A model generated the notes under the pieces. It searched no databases, was not told the origin of the DNA, and worked only from the letters and a program-made list of their open reading frames with translations. The position numbers were made by a program, and so were the translations under genes. A DNA stretch of 64,000 nt from Chrysomallon squamiferum (Eukaryota; Animalia; Mollusca), in assembly GCA_012295275.1 (NCBI GenBank), contig CM022672.1:1550001-1614000 (forward strand). The letters run 5' to 3'. This document shows positions 57,765 to 64,000 of the stretch, one piece after another; the first letter of the stretch is position 1; every line of letters starts with the position of its first letter.

Positions 57765-58018
57765 TTCAGTTTGGAACTCCGACAATCAGCGCTGCTAGTT
57801 TTGTGGGCCTCCTAGCGGCCACCATCAGCTCCATCATCGAGTCGATTGGAGATTATTTCGCTTGCGCCAGGTTGTCCGAGGCGCCTCCCCCTCCCCCTCA
57901 CGCCATCAACAGAGGCATCGCCATGGAGGGTTTCTCCAGCATCATTTCTGGTCTCGTTGGGGCAGGACACGCAACAACGTCGTACAGTGGAAACATTGGC
58001 GAAATATCTGTAACAAAG
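57765..58018 (+). CDS. SLC23A: SLC23 middle copy exon 8 homolog
   Basis: Protein-identical to 51114-51367. Confidence 0.85.
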
Positions 58019-58273
58019 GTATAATAATACTTCGTAACCGTGTGCTTCATTCTATTTTAAAAGCTCCTGAAACAATGACAAATCTGCAGAATAAACGTTT
58101 TAAAGGCAAAAAACCAAACGTTTCTATGTATAATATGACACAGGAATATCGGTATTTAAGACTCGAAATTTCAGACTATTACTTTTCTTATCAACATCAT
58201 CATCATCATCATCATCAACAATAACATTATTATTCTATTCGGATCTTTCTACAACAATACTACTGCGTTGCAG

Positions 58274-58547
58274 GTAGCAAGTAGAAGAGTCTTCCAATGC
58301 GCTGGTTTACTACTCATTGTGTTTGGCATTATCGGCAAGTTTGGTGCGGTTATCACACTGATTCCTGAACCAGTGATTGGCGGTTTAAATGTCGTATCTC
58401 TCGGCTTGGTCACGGCAGTGGGAATATCATCTTTGCAGTTTTGTGATCTCTCCTCGTCCAGAAACCTTACCATCATTGCTGTGTCGTTTATGCTAGGAAT
58501 GGCGGTTCCTCAGTTTATAATCAGCAATCAGGATGCTATCGATACAG
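58274..58547 (+). CDS. SLC23A: SLC23 middle copy exon 9 homolog
   Basis: Protein-identical to 51625-51898. Confidence 0.85.
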
Positions 58548-58659
58548 GTAGAACAGTCTTTACGTTTACGTTGTAAAACGTAATATCATGGCAATATAAG
58601 TATGAATGTTGTTTGCTGCTGTACACTATCATTTCTGAGGATAATATCTGTTGTTTATG

Positions 58660-58821
<162 letters not shown>

Positions 58822-58850
58822 AAAAAGATGATATCTTTTATCTATTACAG

Positions 58851-58946
58851 GTTTTCCAGAGTTAGATCAAGTGTTAAATGTGCTGTTAGGTACGGCAATG
58901 GTCGTGGGCGGAGGAACTGGATTCATTCTGGACAACATTGTACCCG
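58851..58946 (+). CDS. SLC23A: SLC23 middle copy exon 10 homolog
   Basis: Protein-identical to 52213-52308. Confidence 0.85.
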
Positions 58947-59335
58947 GTTTGTATCACACATCACCCACCATACAGCTGTTTCTTTCAATTCAGACAATTC
59001 TTCAACACTATATCTAGCTTTAAAAAATTTGTATAAATGTGTCGTTTTTAATGCAAATACTCTTTTCTCTTTACAATGTTCTTCATATAACAAAGATTTT
59101 ATCCGTTGTTTCAGTTTTTAACCGTAAGAATAAATATAAACAGTGTTTTCTCGTGATTTTTCTAATTTAATTTTCTACTGGCAGGTGCAGATACAACACT
59201 CGTCTAAGCTTGTTGTGGTTGTGTTCCCTCTCGCATCATTATTATTATTATAAAACGACAGTGTGTTCTACAGACTATGGAAGTAAAAAATATATCACCA
59301 TGTGTTTAGTATCGTTTCATTATTTTGTCATACAG

Positions 59336-59598
59336 GCACTCTGGACGAGCGAGGTATGACAGCTTGGAGAAAGACTCTTTCAGGACAAACTGACTCCTCA
59401 CAGAAAAGTCATACGACACTGGAAGTCTACGATCTACCTTTCATTTCCAAACTCACTCGTAAAGTCAGATGTTGTCGCTATGTTCCTTTCCTGCCCGGGT
59501 TTTCTCCAGATGTCAGATGCTGTTCCAAGAAAAAAGAGAAGACTGACAGTGTCAGTCATGTATATGAACAACCCGTAGTTCTGGACGAAAGACTGTAG
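59336..59598 (+). CDS. SLC23A: SLC23 middle copy exon 11 homolog
   Basis: As 52747-53009 except RG>KK in the tail. Confidence 0.85.
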
Positions 59599-59859
59599 TT
59601 GTTATTTAGACATAAATGAATGAACATGTATTATAATCATTATTTTTATTAATAGTATTATTTTTGGTCCGTTTTTGATTAAATGTCTAGAAATTAAGTG
59701 GTGTTTCTTTTCCTTAACTTTCAAGATAATACAATAATTTACGACTGTGTGTGTGAATAGGTGTATGTTTGTTTGTGTGTATGTGTGAATTTGTTTATTG
59801 TTTATGCGAGATTGGTTGAAACTGTCATACCAGAGTGAATGAATGATTTTTTTTTGATC

Positions 59860-59972
<113 letters not shown>

Positions 59973-61020
59973 ATTTCCAGTTATAGAGTATAATTATAAA
60001 GACCTCTATCAGTAGTATATGGAATTAAAAGTACAAATGACAACTGCAGCAATAAATAAAATATTGTCGTTATTCCGTGATCAAAATGTCTCGCACGAGC
60101 CAGTCTCAGCCAAGTAAAGGGAGAAAACTAATGAGAGTAATGTTTTTCTGAAATTATCTCCCTTAGTTTATATTCGGAATCATTTATATTCAAAGGAATT
60201 TTATATGCATGTTAATATATGTATATATTCCTATTTCTGATACCACTTCTAGAGGCAAAAACCAACAACAACCTTTTACATGTGTGTGTATGTTTCTTTT
60301 TGTATTTGCATGAGTATTTATGTTTCCGTGTTTGTGTGTGCATGTATTTTAGGATTTGTTTGTACGTCTGAATAGACTCTGCACATAGACAATATTCGGG
60401 AACGCACTGATGCAGGAGGACAAAGTTCAATCACGACCTCACAAACCCGTCAGATGCCGCTGACAAGACTCGAGCGTATGACTCCCATTTGCCCGCACTC
60501 CGAAATAATTATATTTATACATTCCTATTTCAGATAGCTTTTCTGGAGATACAAAAAAACAAACAATTAAAAAACCCACTTTTATATTTTGTTTGCACGA
60601 CAATTTATGTTTCTGTGTTTTGTATATGTGTATGTATGTATGTATGTATGTATGTATGTTTATATATATAAAGGATGAAGTAGACCTTTGACACTACAAA
60701 GAAATAGTCTTTATATATAACAATATTAGTTTGTTATGAGCGACAATACGTGTCAGAAAGCAGTACAATAACGACTTGCAAGTGCAAAGAATTGTACTGG
60801 GATATTTATTCGTACCTTTACATGCAAACCTTGACGTCATTAAACTTACGGATCATGTAATACAACCTTAAAAGCAAATAAAGTTCATGTATGTGTGTCA
60901 AGGTTTTGTAAAACCGACTGAATGGGTGTATAGTATTAAAAAAATCAATTAAAAACAACACAGAGAGAGAGATAAAAAGAGAAGACTGGAAAGAGGCAAC
61001 TCTTGGGTAAAGATACCGAG

Positions 61021-62986
61021 ATGGAAATAAGTAATTGCAAAGTTGACAATACCGAGATGGAAGCCAGAAAGAAGCGTCAGATAGTGTACGGAATTGAAGA
61101 ACATCCACACTATTTACTCTGGCCTGTGTTCGCACTGCAGGTAAATGTGTTGTTTTTCTAAAGGTGACAATGTAAATACTGCACGTTTTGAACTTCGGAG
61201 AATAATGTTGGTTTGCCTTATTTTGATTTCAGTATATATATATATTTAATTATTTTTATTTCTTTGTTTGTGTGTGTGTGTGAATGTTGTGTTTATTTAA
61301 CATACTTTTCTACTTCCTTCTCGTAAGTTCTGGTATTTTTACTTGTCTCGATGGTTTATTTTTTTTATTGAATATCTGTTATTTCTAATAATACTCGATT
61401 ATGATAAATTCCTTACTTTTATTGTTTTTAAATTCTTGATATATGTTAACATTAAAAATGAAAAAAAAAAAAACGAAAGACAATAAATGATAAAGATTCA
61501 TTATAATGAAACTATTGAAAGGAATATTTTTTTTTTTTTTATATCAATCTAAATTATTAAATCCAAAAGATGAATAATAAATTCACTAAATTATAAATTA
61601 CAAAAACAATTAATACGAAATAACAGAGTTATATTGTTTAAAAGAACTAAATGTTAAATGAGCTTGCATAGCCTGTATAACGCTTTAAGTATTTCAGATC
61701 AGTAAATACGTAAACAGTTTTGTTATATTTGTTCATACATTCGTCTCGCCTAGACTGAATTCTGTTTTGACTGCACATTATCACTCAAGCGTGCTATTAA
61801 CTTTTAAAAATACTGGCGTATTTTAATTCAAAGCCTGTGTTAGAGCTAGAAGGAAGCAAATACACCGACATGTCACGAAATGTGGGTGTGTGATAAAGCT
61901 TGACTCAGCCTACATAAAATGTATTAACTGGGGATCGTTTTCCCAACAACAAAAACAACAAACAAACCTCAACCCTCCCCCCCACCACCACCAAAGAAAA
62001 CTCACAGCCAGTAAGTAATAACAAAGAAATAAAGACACAAAAAAACGAAAGGATTCAGATGTAACTAGTGACATGTATATCAAATGTACTGTCTGCTTGA
62101 TATATTCATGTATGTTCTTTGACTACTTTTTTTTCAAATCCGCAGTGATCACTCATTATATTTTCCTTCTACAACATATTACTGAGAAACATTTTCTTCA
62201 GCGCTAACTCTTTGTAAATCAGGGAGGAAAAAAAAAGAAAGATACTCCTGCAAAAACACCTTTTTTTAAAAAAGAAACATTCTGGAATTCATTATCAAAC
62301 TACAAAAGAACATGGGCATTGTTCAAAGGATCACATACAACTTGTTTATATGTCAAAGGAAGAAATTGCACATCAGGGTTTAAAAGCAAAGATGACGCAT
62401 AAAGGCTAGTGTCCCATGAAATTACACTCTGTCTACCTTCCTGTCCATAGGGAAGAGCCTACTAAAGGTTCTTTTCTTCTAACTGAAAAGCTTTTAACTC
62501 TATCGGTGTTAATTAACCATAAATATGATTCCGTGAAATCCTGCATTAATCATACGACTGCTTATTTGTCTTAAAATATTTATTCCCTTTTTCCTTTCCA
62601 TTCAAATTATCAAGTAGGCGAAAAAAAAATGTTTATCTGAACAATTTCAATATTTTTAACGCGTTATTTAAAAAACAGCATTTATCATGTTATTAATTGG
62701 CATAATATAATATTACAGTACCAATTTACAGAAGTCAGTCACTGTTTTTTATTTTATTTTATTATTATTATCTTTCCAGCAAACTATTTTAACGATATCT
62801 GGGACACTGTCCATTCCCTACATGGTGACAAGTAATATTTGTGCTGAAGGTTTGGTTGATGTTCGAGCCAAACTGATGAGCATCGCTTTCTTCATGTGCG
62901 GAATTGCTACCATCCTACAAGACACGTTTGGTGTTAGGTCAGTGCTGGTTTAATTGTGTTCTCTTCTTCTTCTTCTTCTTCTTCTT

Positions 62987-63049
<63 letters not shown>

Positions 63050-63340
63050 TCAGACTGCCTATTATTCAAGGAGGATCTCATATTTTCATCCCGCCAATTG
63101 TAGCAATGATGGCGCTAGATAAGTGGCGCTGTCCTTCAGGTAAAAACAGTAGGACTATTTCTTATCATTAAAAAGTTGTAAATGTACTTCTGCCAGTATT
63201 TACAGTCTTGATGACAATAACAATAACATTCCATTACTGAGACAGCAAAGAAACAGACTGATTTATGGCTAGCTAGATAGACAGACCGATAGGTAGGTGT
63301 GTGTGTTTATGTGTGTGTGTGTGTGTGTGTATCTGTCTGT

Positions 63341-63377
<37 letters not shown>

Positions 63378-63909
63378 GTTATGTAAGTCAATGTTTATTA
63401 AGATTCTGCAAAATTGAACAAATCTTCTAAAATAAATTTCTTTTCTTGTTTCATTGCAGAACTTGTGCCAGCTAATGAAACTCAACCATGGGAAATCAGG
63501 ATGAGAGAGGTATGTATGTTTGTACGTATGTATGTATGTGTGTGTGTCTGCGTGCGTGTTTGTCTGCATGTGGCGGTGTGTATATCCTAACTGATGACAA
63601 TCACTGGTATTAACACCGACTTCATTATTCACTGTAAGCTCTAATATGTCAGATATGTCATTTATTTATCCATTCATCTATCCATCCATTTGATAACGTA
63701 TTTGTTGTTCATTCATTCACCTTGCAGATACAAGGCAGTTTGATGCTGGCGTCTTTGACTCAAGTCATCATTGGATTAACGGGGCTGATCGGGTTTCTTC
63801 TTCGTTTTATTGGTCCTCTGACAATTGCTCCAACCATCGCCTTGATCGGGATATCACTGACTGAGGTGGTTATTGATTTCTGCAAGCCTCACTGGGGTAT
63901 AGCTATGCT
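61021..63909 (+). CDS. SLC23A: SLC23/NAT transporter gene B, exons 1-5, continues beyond the window
   Basis: Exons 61021-61140, 62780-62937, 63054-63139, 63460-63509, 63728-63909; all GT-AG, phase-compatible and open. Confidence 0.9.
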
Positions 63910-64000
63910 GTAAGTATCCAAGATACTCCCTATATGTAAGTATTTGTATACTTACAATGATCTGAGGACATAAAGTTGACAAGGAAGTTTCTGTTGCATA

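Overview
AT-rich, microsatellite-dense animal genomic DNA. The intron/exon style, SLC23 sequences and SINE-like relics suggest a mollusc, probably a gastropod (inference). Nothing prokaryotic is present, and most ORFs in the supplied track are microsatellite translations. Two loci are supported. (1) A minus-strand gene whose first coding exon (34689-34894) encodes a signal peptide plus an LRR N-terminal cap resembling ADGRA/GPR124-125 adhesion GPCRs. It has a CpG-rich promoter near 35.5 kb, and positions 1-34688 appear to be one large CpG-depleted intron. (2) A plus-strand tandem cluster of SLC23/NAT (nucleobase-ascorbate) transporters. Gene A (44893-53009, 11 exons) has a frameshifting lesion in exon 2 and a duplicated splice donor. 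A middle copy (54448-59598) lacks exons 5-7. Gene B (from 61021) runs off the window. The middle copy is best explained as a B(5')/A(3') chimera created by one ~6.5 kb tandem duplication, or by a haplotype mis-join in the assembly. The transporters carry non-canonical QH and NAT-signature residues. I found no clearly new biological system; the strongest leads are the SLC23 chimera, its splicing escape routes and the altered substrate motif.
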